52,091 nucleotides of DNA from Candidatus Bathyarchaeia archaeon (GTDB taxonomy: Archaea > Thermoproteota > Bathyarchaeia > TCS64), in NCBI GenBank assembly GCA_050014495.1, contig JBEKDF010000019.1, forward strand, positions 1 to 52,091, written 5' to 3'. Shown here piece by piece: positions 38,397-48,364 of this stretch (positions are counted from its first letter, which is position 1; the number at the start of each line of letters is the position of its first letter). The position numbers and the translations under genes are program-made. The notes beneath the pieces were generated by a model. That model searched no databases, was not told the DNA's origin, and worked only from the letters and a program-made list of their open reading frames with translations.

Positions 38397-38416
38397 AAGT
38401 CCCATTGTTGAGATGA
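38250..38416 (+). ncRNA. Predicted omegaRNA (reRNA) scaffold overlapping the tnpB 3' end plus flanking guide; 5' boundary approximate
   Basis: Known TnpB architecture: the scaffold ends at the right-end TCAC and the guide is the following flank AAGTCCCATTGTTGAGATGA. Confidence 0.55.
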
Positions 38417-38519
38417 TAGTAGATTTATACAATATGATTGTCGTCCATAAACGCTATTTTGAGCCCGATAGTTGATACTTACAATAAATTATATGCGCAT
38501 TACAAACGAGTTGAAGTTA

Positions 38520-38768
38520 ATGGTTGCTAGAAGAAGAGATAAGCTCGAGGTAATTGAGGACCTACTAAAAGCCGCGGATAAGCCCGATGGTGCGAACAAG
38601 ACACACCTCGTCTACGAATCTAATCTAAACTTCAACCGACTTAATGTATTTCTTCCTTACCTTCTAAAGAACGGGCTGATCGAGAGCGAGTCTGAAAATA
38701 AATACATTACAACCATGAAGGGGAGAGAGTTCCTCAAACAACTGCATTCGATGCATAAAATGTTATAA
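38520..38768 (+). CDS. Winged-helix regulator (HTH_45/ArnR1-like), paralog of 14619..14873
   Basis: RRDKLEVIEDLL...NKTHLVYESNLNFNRLN...KGREFL; ATG at 38520 matches the paralog length. Confidence 0.85.
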   Translation: MVARRRDKLEVIEDLLKAADKPDGANKTHLVYESNLNFNRLNVFLPYLLKNGLIESESENKYITTMKGREFLKQLHSMHKML

Positions 38769-38951
38769 GAATCGCTTGCAGTAATCGAGACACATCTCAA
38801 CTTTCTCCTGTTTCAGTTACATGAACCATCGATTTAGACATAACGAGCACGCGAAAATGTCAATGTATGTTTAAAATGAAGTTTTTCTGAACTCACCTTG
38901 CCCATTTCACGCTTCGCCTTTATCGAGACTGATCATCCAAACGTAATCCTC

Positions 38952-39581
38952 TTAATGTGTTTCATCTCGCCTTCTCCATCGGCTTTTATCAGTGTGCTCT
39001 CCAGGGTCAGCAGACTTTACCCTCCATGTTTCCCTCTCCTCCTCATAGCCATACTCCCGGTAACCAGGTTTACCCAACCTCCCAAGACTCCATGCAAGCC
39101 GTTCCCAGAGATCTCCATTTATCACCTTCCCATGAAGATTCATTACGGATTCGAGATTTAGGTAACAGAAGTCCGAAGCCTTTTCGAGCTTCACCTTCCT
39201 CTCCTCTTGCATCTGGATTTCCTCCCGGTCCCAACGGGTTTCCTTCCACGAGTAGACGAGGCAGCCACTGGTGTCAATAATATACTGCTCTCTGGCTCCA
39301 TCAAGACTCTGGTAAAGTAGGATTATGGGCTCTACATCAGATCCTAAATAGAGTCTCAGTGGCTCGAGTAGAGAAGGATCGCCGAGCAGATCCGCAAGTG
39401 CAGAGAGTACTTCACCTCCTAACCTTTCCTTCTCATTCTCCTCCCACCCCGAATCTTGTGGCCCAAATCTTCTCCTCCCCCTTACCCTCTGCAGAACACG
39501 TTTTATGGCTCCTTCATCATTCAATTCCCAAAACGCTCCGTATCGCTTACATCGTGAGTGTTGAGGTCTGCTGAACCACAC
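38952..39581 (-). CDS. Hypothetical protein (start uncertain)
   Basis: 209-aa ORF with charged, globular-like composition; no motif recognised. Confidence 0.55.
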   Translation of the reverse strand: MWFSRPQHSRCKRYGAFWELNDEGAIKRVLQRVRGRRRFGPQDSGWEENEKERLGGEVLSALADLLGDPSLLEPLRLYLGSDVEPIILLYQSLDGAREQYIIDTSGCLVYSWKETRWDREEIQMQEERKVKLEKASDFCYLNLESVMNLHGKVINGDLWERLAWSLGRLGKPGYREYGYEEERETWRVKSADPGEHTDKSRWRRRDETH

Positions 39582-39667
39582 TTCTTTTCCTCGAAATTCT
39601 TTCTTTCAGCGTAGCTCAACTTAGCCACCAACCAATTATGTGTTAAACGAATGATTAATACATAACC

Positions 39668-39686
39668 TCATTAGATATTCTAATGA
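39668..39686. promoter_or_regulatory. Palindromic operator candidate
   Basis: TCATTAGA-TAT-TCTAATGA, a perfect 8-bp inverted repeat ending 10 nt before ATG 39696. Confidence 0.6.
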
Positions 39687-39695
39687 CTGATATAC

Positions 39696-40349
39696 ATGGT
39701 CGATTTCACACCGCTTCTGTCTAAGGAGAAATTGCTCGAACAGATTCGAGACGCCCAACGTGAGTTTGGAATATCATCATCAGAGATCGGTCGTGGTATC
39801 GGGCTAAGCCAATCGACGATGTCTAACCTCCTGAGCCCGAATTCAAGGAACCCAAGAGAACTGAGCTATACAGATGCATACGACATCATTCAGTTCATTA
39901 GCACTCGTGTGTCGCTGATACGACCGAGATTGAGTGTCAGTGACATTATGACGGACTCCAGTGGTCTCGAGTGGGCCGAAGACGATCAGACGCTGAATGA
40001 AGTATCCGAACTAATGTTCACTAAGGGCTATAGTCAAATGCCCGTGAGGGGAAAAAAAACTCTCCATTTCAAGGGTGTAGTAACCGATCTGTCGATACTG
40101 AGAAGGCTCATGAGAGGAGGCGAGGGCAATTCATCCATCGATGAGTTGGGTAAATTAAGACTCATAGAGGCCGGTGTAGTGGAGAATGTCCTAAAGTGTC
40201 CACTAGATACTTCGCTCAGGGAGGCGGCTAACATACTGCTGGGTTACCCAGCTGTTCTCATCACATCGAAGGAAGACCAAATTATAGGAATATTGACGCG
40301 TTCCGACTTACTAAAATTATTCAACAAACGCAGGATGAAATTACCCTAG
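39696..40349 (+). CDS. XRE-type HTH plus CBS-pair transcriptional regulator
   Basis: GISSSEIGRGIGLSQSTMSNL; VSDIM, GYSQMPV, IIGILTRSDLL. Confidence 0.88.
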   Translation: MVDFTPLLSKEKLLEQIRDAQREFGISSSEIGRGIGLSQSTMSNLLSPNSRNPRELSYTDAYDIIQFISTRVSLIRPRLSVSDIMTDSSGLEWAEDDQTLNEVSELMFTKGYSQMPVRGKKTLHFKGVVTDLSILRRLMRGGEGNSSIDELGKLRLIEAGVVENVLKCPLDTSLREAANILLGYPAVLITSKEDQIIGILTRSDLLKLFNKRRMKLP

Positions 40350-40498
40350 GCTACGAGTCAGGTGAACTTCGAGCACGCGCGCCTTGAAGTGAAGCGATGT
40401 TGTCTAATTTGGCACATTAACGAAGTGGTTGAGTCTAATTGGGTGAATCGGTAACTGATCTCTCTACTCAAACACTTCACAAGAGATAGCGACGATAG

Positions 40499-41779
40499 CT
40501 AACCCGCGTCTGGACTGTTGATTCGTGTCACAGTCTGTGTTGCAAGGAGCATTATAATCGAGGCGATGATGAATCCCACTGAATAACCGTACAAGGTTAT
40601 CAGTATGCCCCCAACTGCCGAGCCTAAGGCTCCGGCGATGGCTGTGGCTGAAATCAGTTGGCCCACCACACTGCTCTTCCTATCCTCTGGTGCTGACGAG
40701 ATGGCGAAGCTACTCAATGGGAGCCATAACATAGCGTATAAGACGTTAATCACTGCTGAGATTATCATGGGAAAGATGAATACATAGGTTGGCGGGTTGA
40801 GGATGAACAGAGGAAGAGGTGCCCAACATAAAACAAGGATGGCCCTAGCAATTATGAGTTCCTTCAGGTGCTTAGAGCCATTTTTTGCTCGGGGAACTAT
40901 CCAGATGAAGGATACTGCTGCGGCGATGCCGTTTACGACGTTGAGTGCTAAGATGATGCTGTCACTGAGGCCAAGTGCCTTCATTAGAGGAGTCATTCCG
41001 ATTGAATAGATGCTTATACCCGTCCAGTGGATGAAGGCGGTAAGTAGAAGAAGCTGGATCGAGCTCAGTCTCCTCAGGCTCGTGGGTGGCCTGATTTTCC
41101 TGATGTTGAGGTGCTGAAGCAGGGGTCTCGGGGATAGTAAGCCCTCCACGTCGTGTAGGATCTTGCTAAAGGAGTGCCTCTCAAAGGTCATCTCAGGTTC
41201 CTTTCCTAGTCTCCATAGGGAGATCGTTGATGCTAGGCAAGCAGCCGCGGAGATGTAGAAGAGGCTCTGCGTTGGATAATAATTTGCAGCTAGTGTAAAG
41301 ATGAGGAGGCCAGCTATGTTTCCTATGCTCATAATTGAATTAACTCTGGCGACCTCGTTTGACCAGTCCTTGCCCCCGCAACACTCAACTGTATACATCA
41401 CAGCGATGGGGGCGACTCCACTACTGATTGCTATTATGAGTGTGTAGAGAGTGGTGATCTCTGGAATACCAATCACTAAGCTAAGGGCCGCGAAGAGGGG
41501 GACTAAGATTAGAGCGAAGAATAGGAGGTAGACCTTCCTCCGGGATGACATGTCTGACAGTCGTCCCCATATCATTGAGAAGACGAAACTGGCTACTGAA
41601 CCAGATGCACTTATCGCGCCTATCTGTGCTACACTCGCGCCCAAGGATAGCGCGACTAGGGTCACAAGTAAACCAGGGTTCCCAATAGCCATGTAGAGAG
41701 GGATCATAGAGAGGTGCCAACGCGTCTCCCTCTCCTTAACATGAGTCATATCCCTGCGATTCCCTCTCATCGCCCCCAC
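40499..41779 (-). CDS. MFS transporter
   Basis: WGRLSDMSSRRK motif A; about 12 TMs. Confidence 0.9.
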   Translation of the reverse strand: MGAMRGNRRDMTHVKERETRWHLSMIPLYMAIGNPGLLVTLVALSLGASVAQIGAISASGSVASFVFSMIWGRLSDMSSRRKVYLLFFALILVPLFAALSLVIGIPEITTLYTLIIAISSGVAPIAVMYTVECCGGKDWSNEVARVNSIMSIGNIAGLLIFTLAANYYPTQSLFYISAAACLASTISLWRLGKEPEMTFERHSFSKILHDVEGLLSPRPLLQHLNIRKIRPPTSLRRLSSIQLLLLTAFIHWTGISIYSIGMTPLMKALGLSDSIILALNVVNGIAAAVSFIWIVPRAKNGSKHLKELIIARAILVLCWAPLPLFILNPPTYVFIFPMIISAVINVLYAMLWLPLSSFAISSAPEDRKSSVVGQLISATAIAGALGSAVGGILITLYGYSVGFIIASIIMLLATQTVTRINSPDAG

Positions 41780-41898
41780 TGTTGAGGACTAGAGATATGG
41801 TAACCATCAAGAATAATAGCTAAACCATTTCAAAGAGGACGAGCGCCTCTTGTACAATGTATTTCCTTGTGCATATTGTGCTAGAATGTTATGCTATT

Positions 41899-42654
41899 CT
41901 AAATGAATAGATCCTTATCCCTTGGCCAGATCAAGTCCGTCGCTTTTGATGTCTCATCAGCGTTAACCGAGTAACCGCGAATAATTGCTAGTGGTGTACC
42001 CTCAGCTACCTGTCCAATTACAAGCTCAGCAGCTCCGGCTAATTCATCCGCGATGGCGATCCTTTTCACCTTCAACTCGTAGCCGAAGAGGTCCTTCTCC
42101 CCCCTCCTGTCGAATATGACTGGAAGCCCTGACGCCCCAATGGCAACATTCACCTCGCCGTCCCTGTGGGCCCTCCCATGTGTATCCGAGATGATCACTG
42201 AGACACTATTGCCGGTAAGTTCCTCAATTCTTCGGCGAATTCTCTTTGCGGATGCATCAGGGTCCATCGGGAGAAGTGCAATCTTGTCCTGGCCTTCTAC
42301 GTTTGATTTGTCGACACCGGCATTAGCGCAGATAAACCCATGTTTTGTCTCGGTGATGAGTACCCCCGGGGCCATCCTCCTGATGGCTCTGGACTCCCTC
42401 AGGACCTCTTCGACGACTCTTGGGTCCTTACCCGTGTACTCCGCGAAGTTATTTGCTGGTTGGGATGGGGTGATGACCGTGAGGTCGATGAGTCTGTTCT
42501 CTGCTTTAGAGACTATCTTATGGGTTATTACAATAATATCCTTCTTCTCGATGGATTGATCCATGTTCTTGACTGCCTCTACGATGAGTTTTGCTAGGTC
42601 GTCTCCGGGTTGTATAAGTGGCATACCTTTGATTGGGATGATGTTGATGGTCAT
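41899..42654 (-). CDS. cofE: Coenzyme F420-0:L-glutamate ligase
   Basis: PLIQPGDDL, KIVSKAE, CANAGVDKSN, SDTHGR, ADELA, EGTP. Confidence 0.93.
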   Translation of the reverse strand: MTINIIPIKGMPLIQPGDDLAKLIVEAVKNMDQSIEKKDIIVITHKIVSKAENRLIDLTVITPSQPANNFAEYTGKDPRVVEEVLRESRAIRRMAPGVLITETKHGFICANAGVDKSNVEGQDKIALLPMDPDASAKRIRRRIEELTGNSVSVIISDTHGRAHRDGEVNVAIGASGLPVIFDRRGEKDLFGYELKVKRIAIADELAGAAELVIGQVAEGTPLAIIRGYSVNADETSKATDLIWPRDKDLFI

Positions 42655-42745
42655 GCTCTCATTTCTCGATCGCGTTTACATGTAAAAGGAATTGCGCCGA
42701 ATAACCTATAATATGTGTGAGCGCATTATTCCTTCACCATAAAAT

Positions 42746-42937
42746 TCAATTAGTCTGTGTTTTCCCGCCTTTTCCCCTCTCCCTGATGAATAGGGCAGCT
42801 AAGATGATGACGACGAGGATCCCGTAGACCCACCAGATCGATGGATTCGTTGAGATAAGGTCTAGACCGGTTATGGCGATCACTCCTAGTATGATAAGGA
42901 TTCGGAGGTTGCGGCTTAGTGTTGTATCCATGAGCAT
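42746..42937 (-). CDS. Small two-TM membrane protein
   Basis: 63-aa ORF with two hydrophobic helices and a basic tail. Confidence 0.6.
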   Translation of the reverse strand: MLMDTTLSRNLRILIILGVIAITGLDLISTNPSIWWVYGILVVIILAALFIRERGKGGKTQTN

Positions 42938-43043
42938 AGAAGATGCGTGATGGTGTTTTTAGACCTTCCCAAGTGGAGTCTCTTTAGCCTCGGTTCCTTT
43001 ATAATTCAATTCTAGAATAGGTTTGCACACTAATATTGTTTTT

Positions 43044-43505
43044 TTAAATTGGACTTTGGATCCTCTGTGCGAGTCCGGGAGGTGGATTACCCCCGTTAAT
43101 CAATTGGAAAGAGGCTGGGCCCTCGTATCTTTTTATGTATTTCTCATTGCGAATGGGTTTTATCTTATAAATCAGAAGTTTCTCCGCGCCTTCTACATGA
43201 GGTAACTCCTCTCTACTGGCCACACCAGCATATAGAGAGCAGTGTTTGAAGACATCGTCTTGTAGCTTGTACCAGGCTGGTCTCTCCTCAGACACAACCT
43301 TGAGTTTCCTCAGCCCTTCCCAGTACGTAGGCAATCTCCCCTCCTTCGCCTCGCGGAAAATTCCCTTGCCATGCAGTGCCTTGCCTACGAAAATTATTCT
43401 CGAGTCACTAGCCGTTGCATATAATCCCTTTTTACCCCTGATCTCCTTAGGGGTAGTCTGATTCAGGGAGTACGGGCCTGACCAGTTCAGGGTAATGGTA
43501 TCCAT
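43044..43505 (-). CDS. GIY-YIG-like protein
   Basis: GLY...IIFVGKA...R...AEKLLI...PIRN. Confidence 0.65.
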   Translation of the reverse strand: MDTITLNWSGPYSLNQTTPKEIRGKKGLYATASDSRIIFVGKALHGKGIFREAKEGRLPTYWEGLRKLKVVSEERPAWYKLQDDVFKHCSLYAGVASREELPHVEGAEKLLIYKIKPIRNEKYIKRYEGPASFQLINGGNPPPGLAQRIQSPI

Positions 43506-43615
43506 TCTCTAGCCTAAGATGTAAACTGGTGAATTTTGTTTTAAGATTTACTATATCATAGAGGTACGATGTTGCTGGGCTTTTTATATACCGTAAATAA
43601 TTCACTGTGTGATGA

Positions 43616-44035
43616 ATGATCTTGAGTGAGGAGTCCAGGCCGCCAATGGAGTTCGATGTTACTGACCTGAGGACTGGTAAACCTATCCGCTTCAAGATTA
43701 ATCTTGGAAAGGTTTCCCTCCCACATCATGTGAATCTCGTAATTCCCCCGTTCAAATATAGCGTAGAATTCGCGGAGAGCGCCATAGATGGCGACAAGTC
43801 GTACGGTGGTATGAACTATTACGCCGCTAAGGAACTGAAGATGGCGTTCAACCACACACCTGACGTCGTAATCGTCGCCAAACAGACCACTGGAGACCCC
43901 TCGAATCGGGAAAATAAGCTCGAGTGCACGATCGCCCACGAGATCATTGAAGCGGAACTCATGAAAACTGGACTACCCTACCACATCGCCCACATGTATG
44001 CCATGGAGTATGAGAAAGGAGTCTACAAAGACTAG
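43616..44035 (+). CDS. Hypothetical protein with HExxE/YxxAH metal-binding motif
   Basis: IAHEIIEAELMKTGLPYHIAHMYA. Confidence 0.65.
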   Translation: MILSEESRPPMEFDVTDLRTGKPIRFKINLGKVSLPHHVNLVIPPFKYSVEFAESAIDGDKSYGGMNYYAAKELKMAFNHTPDVVIVAKQTTGDPSNRENKLECTIAHEIIEAELMKTGLPYHIAHMYAMEYEKGVYKD

Positions 44036-44697
44036 GTTTGAATTCAGTATTAAAAATAATAAAGTCAGGTTTTAATTGAGATAAAGATTATATAGGTTGT
44101 CAAGATCAATAAGACATGACAGACAATCGAGTAGAACCAATTATCATAAAAGATGGTCTTATAGGTATCGATTCTTTTGTAGCACAAAAACCTCACTAGC
44201 TACTAGGAACGCTTACGACACAGCTCTTCGTTACTTCTTTACTACTATTAATCCCACTCTTTTACCAGACGGTGCGCGCGCGTTGTTTTCCCTCATTAAT
44301 TTTAAGCTAAAAGTAAGTACAACTACATCTTTCCATTCTAATCCTATATTAAATATTAAAGATAGTGGAAAAGGCAACTTAGAAATTATAATGATTGATT
44401 TCATGTTCCTTAGTATATTTGAATAATTTGGGATAATTTTTGATCAAAGGATTAATAAAAATTTTATCGTATTTTAGACTATAAAATGGGGAATTTGGTA
44501 AGCACTTGTATACAATTATGGGTTCTCTCAAAACTAATGCCTATTGTTTTCAAACCCTAACCATATTTATTAAATTTGAGGAATTCTTGGGGTTCAAGTC
44601 TTACGCTCACCCCTCAGATACTTGGCGAAGAGGAGCGCACGTGCGCGCTTTTTACGTACCTTGCCAAATAAAATATATGCTAAACTCATCTTACTTG

Positions 44698-44865
44698 TTA
44701 CTCTTCCTTGAGTCTTTTCTTCATACGTTTTTCTTTCATTTCTTTTTTTGTGTGTGGTTTTGGTTTAGCATCTCTATCTAACGTTCTTCTCTCTTTCTTT
44801 GTAATAGTTTTCCTCTCAGCTATGCTTTCAGGTGTTATCTCTTTAGCTTCTCCTTTTTCACCCAT
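44698..44865 (-). CDS. Small highly charged Lys/Glu/Arg-rich protein (55 aa), absent from the ORF track
   Basis: MGEKGEAKEITPESIAERKTITKKERRTLDRDAKPKPHTKKEMKEKRMKKRLKEE with GAGGTGA SD upstream. Confidence 0.55.
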   Translation of the reverse strand: MGEKGEAKEITPESIAERKTITKKERRTLDRDAKPKPHTKKEMKEKRMKKRLKEE

Positions 44866-45402
44866 TTGTATTAATCACCTCACTATTCTTTTCTCTAGCC
44901 AATCTAGCCCTTGTGTCAAAGTGTAATTCCACTATTGACCTATGTACCTTCTGTCCGGGTGGTGTCCAAGGTGCAAAAATAGTGAATGTAGCCATTTTTT
45001 GAAAGACCTTCAAATCGACCTAAGACGGTTGAGCCTTCGTACTTGATTAATATCTTATCGTTATACTTTAGCTTTTTAGCAGTTTCAAGTTCCATTTTAT
45101 ATCAACCACTGTCCATCTACTAGTCCTTCATTTGCTTCCTCAATATGAAATAAATTGTCATACAGTATGCTTGCGCGCTCAACGATGTACCTTACTAGGA
45201 AATTTACAAGTTACGACTCATTCTACTAAAGTGCTTTACTCCGTGGAGCTAAGGTTCATTGGGCAATTATATCTTCGCTACTTGGCGCGCGCACGCATCT
45301 GGCGAAGAGAACGTTTCTTCTCCTTCATCGGTCTGATGATCGGCAACATTCCTTCTCGGGAACGCCTTTAAAGACCAAGAACAAGCCTGATCTGAACCAA
45401 AA

Positions 45403-46548
45403 ATGAGCAACGAAGACGACACCTACTCCACGATGTTCACAGCACTCAAACACCCAATAAGGAGAAAGATACTACGAATCCTCGACCAGACGCCGACAAC
45501 GTATACAGACATACAACTGCAGCTAGGAATCGACAACGGGCTACTCAACTACCACCTCGACAACATGAAGGACCTCATCACCAAGGGCGAGGATGGAAAG
45601 TACAGCCTCTCCGAGTTCGGCAGAGCTGCAGTCAACGTGACGGAGAAAGTAGAAGCACCGACAAGGAGCAGAGGAGGAGGGCTGAGCGCCAACCAGCAGA
45701 TTGGAGTCTTCTTGATCCTAAGCATCGCAATCGCGTCGCTATCAGGATTAGGCATCCTCCTCTACAGCGACAACGTCAGCCAAAACAGGGTCCTCACCGA
45801 TAGGACCACTCAACTAAACGCGGCGTCTCAGCAACTCAGAGCCCTGATTCCCCTCGGCGAACTCGCAAACGTCTCCGAGCCTGCGACGCCGGCGACAGCG
45901 GGTACGCAGATAGTGAGGGGATTCCCGATGTCGTACTCCTACCTAGAGGAGGGAGGCATAAGCACTGCGGGTAACAGTTCCACCCATAGCGGCTTATACA
46001 ACCCGATAGATGGCACCCTCAGATTAGGGGTCACCGGCACTGTAAACTACGCATCCTCCGCGATAGTCTTCTACAACCCAACAGACGGAGCCATCGCCCA
46101 CGTGGAGCTGGCTGTGAACCCCGTGAATGTGAAGCTGCTTGAGCTCACCATCCAGAGCGGCGACGCATGGAGGAACGAAAGCTGTGTCAGGGTCGGGACT
46201 AGGGGCGGGTGGTTCAACGTTTCTGACCCCAGCGACCCGGTGCTCAAGGAGCCTGTTTGGATGTCCCCAATTCTGTGGGACATGAAGACGAGTGGAAACG
46301 GCGTCTACGAGTCGCCTGCGCTCCCTCGGGGTTGGTACACCTTCAGCCTGTTGGGGCCAGTGACGGTACTCGACCCGAATAGCTTGAAGTTCACCATAAT
46401 CGATCGTAACCCCTCCTTCGCCGATGCCCCAATCTTCACCGTGAATAACTCGACTTCTGATCTGCATAGTTTCACGGTTCTCGCTGACTTCACCCTTAGG
46501 ATTGGTGGGAAGGCAACGTTCTTCGCCGAGTCAACTGATCACTTATGA
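45403..46548 (+). CDS. ArsR-like wHTH plus TM plus extracellular domain (membrane-bound one-component regulator)
   Basis: FTALKHPIRRKIL...LNYHL...YSLSEFG; single TM; beta-rich C-terminal domain. Confidence 0.85.
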   Translation: MSNEDDTYSTMFTALKHPIRRKILRILDQTPTTYTDIQLQLGIDNGLLNYHLDNMKDLITKGEDGKYSLSEFGRAAVNVTEKVEAPTRSRGGGLSANQQIGVFLILSIAIASLSGLGILLYSDNVSQNRVLTDRTTQLNAASQQLRALIPLGELANVSEPATPATAGTQIVRGFPMSYSYLEEGGISTAGNSSTHSGLYNPIDGTLRLGVTGTVNYASSAIVFYNPTDGAIAHVELAVNPVNVKLLELTIQSGDAWRNESCVRVGTRGGWFNVSDPSDPVLKEPVWMSPILWDMKTSGNGVYESPALPRGWYTFSLLGPVTVLDPNSLKFTIIDRNPSFADAPIFTVNNSTSDLHSFTVLADFTLRIGGKATFFAESTDHL

Positions 46549-46840
46549 GAGGCTATCATTTGTTGACTCAGCTCACTAACGATCTTGGAAAGGACAAAGC
46601 GATATTTTGTCGCGCGGGCGATCGTTCAAGCAATTCGTATGCTGTTCTAAACAGTAGCGTTAAGTCACCGATACTAAGGACTAATGCACGCGCGAATCAT
46701 GAAACTATATATTATGACTATTCTGTATACGATGGATATAATTTGTATAAATTCAGTTAAAAGAAATGCGCGCGCGCAACCGTAGCTGACAAACCTGCAA
46801 TCTACGAGTACAGAAGTCGATAGTCTTCGTTTTAGTATAT

Positions 46841-47827
46841 TTAAACTGGTTTCAGACTGTTTGCCATCCTCATCAGATCGGAGGAGGAGAAACTCGTCGG
46901 CGCCCTGAGATAATACAGGACATCACCATACCGCACAATCACAACCTTCGCCCCGTTATAGCCATACAGATCAGGATAACTACCATAGTACCAGCCAATC
47001 ACACCAACGTATCCCGGATTCCCGTTGATCACAGTATAGTTACCCTCACCAATCTTCACGCCGGGGCTGGGAACCATCCAAGGCGAGTTCCAAATCATCT
47101 GAACCCCCAGCAGAACCTCGGCTGATCCCGGGTCGTCTCGTCCACTGAAACTGTAGAGGGTCGTCACCATGGTTATGATGCCCTTCTGGGTGCTCACGGC
47201 GCCCTCTTTCAACACGTAGACGGCTGTCTGCTTCATACCGTTGGGCAACCACGTTGGCTGTAGTAGTGGTGCTCCCCGATCCATACTCCACTGCGCTGCC
47301 GTAGATGTGAGGTTGGCTTTGAGACCGTACGTTTCTTCAAGGGGTATCTGTGGTATATGTTCGGGAAAGCCTCCGCTGGGGGAGTTATTCGAGGTGCTTA
47401 TGTGTGTACTATTTGAAATCAGTGAGGTCGCCGTTTTTAGCTCATTGTTCAGCGCCTGATTACTTGAATAGAGGGACCAAGTGCTGAATGAGAGGGCGAT
47501 GATTATCGCGACGCTCAGTACCTTGACTAAAAGGTCCCGACGTGAGTTAGATGGAACATCGTTGGTGATGGGTTCCTCCACCCTCTTGAGGAGCTGGACC
47601 CCGGCTCTACCGAACTCGTTGAGTGTGTATCTGCCGTCCTCCCGCTTCGTCAGTAGCTCCCTGACGCTTTCTAGGTGGTAGTTTAGGAGCCCGTTTTCTA
47701 TTGATAGCTCGTTGAGTAGATCGGTGTAGGTGGCTGGGGAGGCTTGGAGGCGTCTGAGGATTCTTCTGCGTAGTGGGTGTTTGAGGGCGGTGAATATTGT
47801 TGAATAGGTATCGTCCTCGCCGCTCAT
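46841..47827 (-). CDS. ArsR-like wHTH plus TM plus extracellular domain (paralog)
   Basis: FTALKHPLRRRIL...LNYHL...YTLNEFG; single TM; PTWLPNG...LMRMANSL (DUF4367-like) C-terminal domain. Confidence 0.85.
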   Translation of the reverse strand: MSGEDDTYSTIFTALKHPLRRRILRRLQASPATYTDLLNELSIENGLLNYHLESVRELLTKREDGRYTLNEFGRAGVQLLKRVEEPITNDVPSNSRRDLLVKVLSVAIIIALSFSTWSLYSSNQALNNELKTATSLISNSTHISTSNNSPSGGFPEHIPQIPLEETYGLKANLTSTAAQWSMDRGAPLLQPTWLPNGMKQTAVYVLKEGAVSTQKGIITMVTTLYSFSGRDDPGSAEVLLGVQMIWNSPWMVPSPGVKIGEGNYTVINGNPGYVGVIGWYYGSYPDLYGYNGAKVVIVRYGDVLYYLRAPTSFSSSDLMRMANSLKPV

Positions 47828-48364
47828 GGCTTGTGGTTCATGTCGAGTGTTTATGAGGCTTCTCGAAAAGGTTCCTTGTCTAGGGAGAAGCGTGGGTTAG
47901 AAAAGAATCGTTTTCCAAGTCGTATTTGTATGGTGCACAGGTGTTTTGAATAGCTCTATGTCACCTTTGATCCTGGCATGATTAGTATATCAGTATCCAA
48001 TCCGGCAAAAATATTGGTTGGTTTAGGTAAATAGGTCATAACTACCGATAGTATCGGTATTGAAGGGTTGTTGGGTCATTATACGCACACAACTTGTGAC
48101 GAAATCATTAGCTTTGCTTTCATTCGCAATGGTTTAAAAATCTAAGATCAAAATGTGATGAAAATTAAACTTAAGTTCTGGGGGAGTCCGCCTAAGAGTT
48201 TTGGAGTTCAGTTAAAAGTATCTCCAAAGTGTTCGAGTGCAGATACCGCCAGAGGTGTCTACAGGAGACTAAACGTTCCATTCGTTAAAAGAGTCATATC
48301 CCCTAGCATAATGACGCGCGCGAGCCCCCTCATTAAATCAATTAAAAATCCCATTAAAAATAAT

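Noticed and set aside
44586..44615. GGTTCAAGTC resembling a tRNA T-loop or att site
   Set aside because: The T-stem pairs poorly and no acceptor, D or anticodon arms can be built; no integrase nearby.
44097..45371. Plus-strand ORFs in the AT-rich stretch (44097, 44506, 44708, 45132)
   Set aside because: No motifs, TTG starts and low-complexity composition; better candidates lie on the minus strand.
48043..48059. TACCGAT-N3-ATCGGTA palindrome upstream of the second ArsR-TM gene
   Set aside because: No matching site upstream of the paralog and more than 200 nt from the start; insufficient support.
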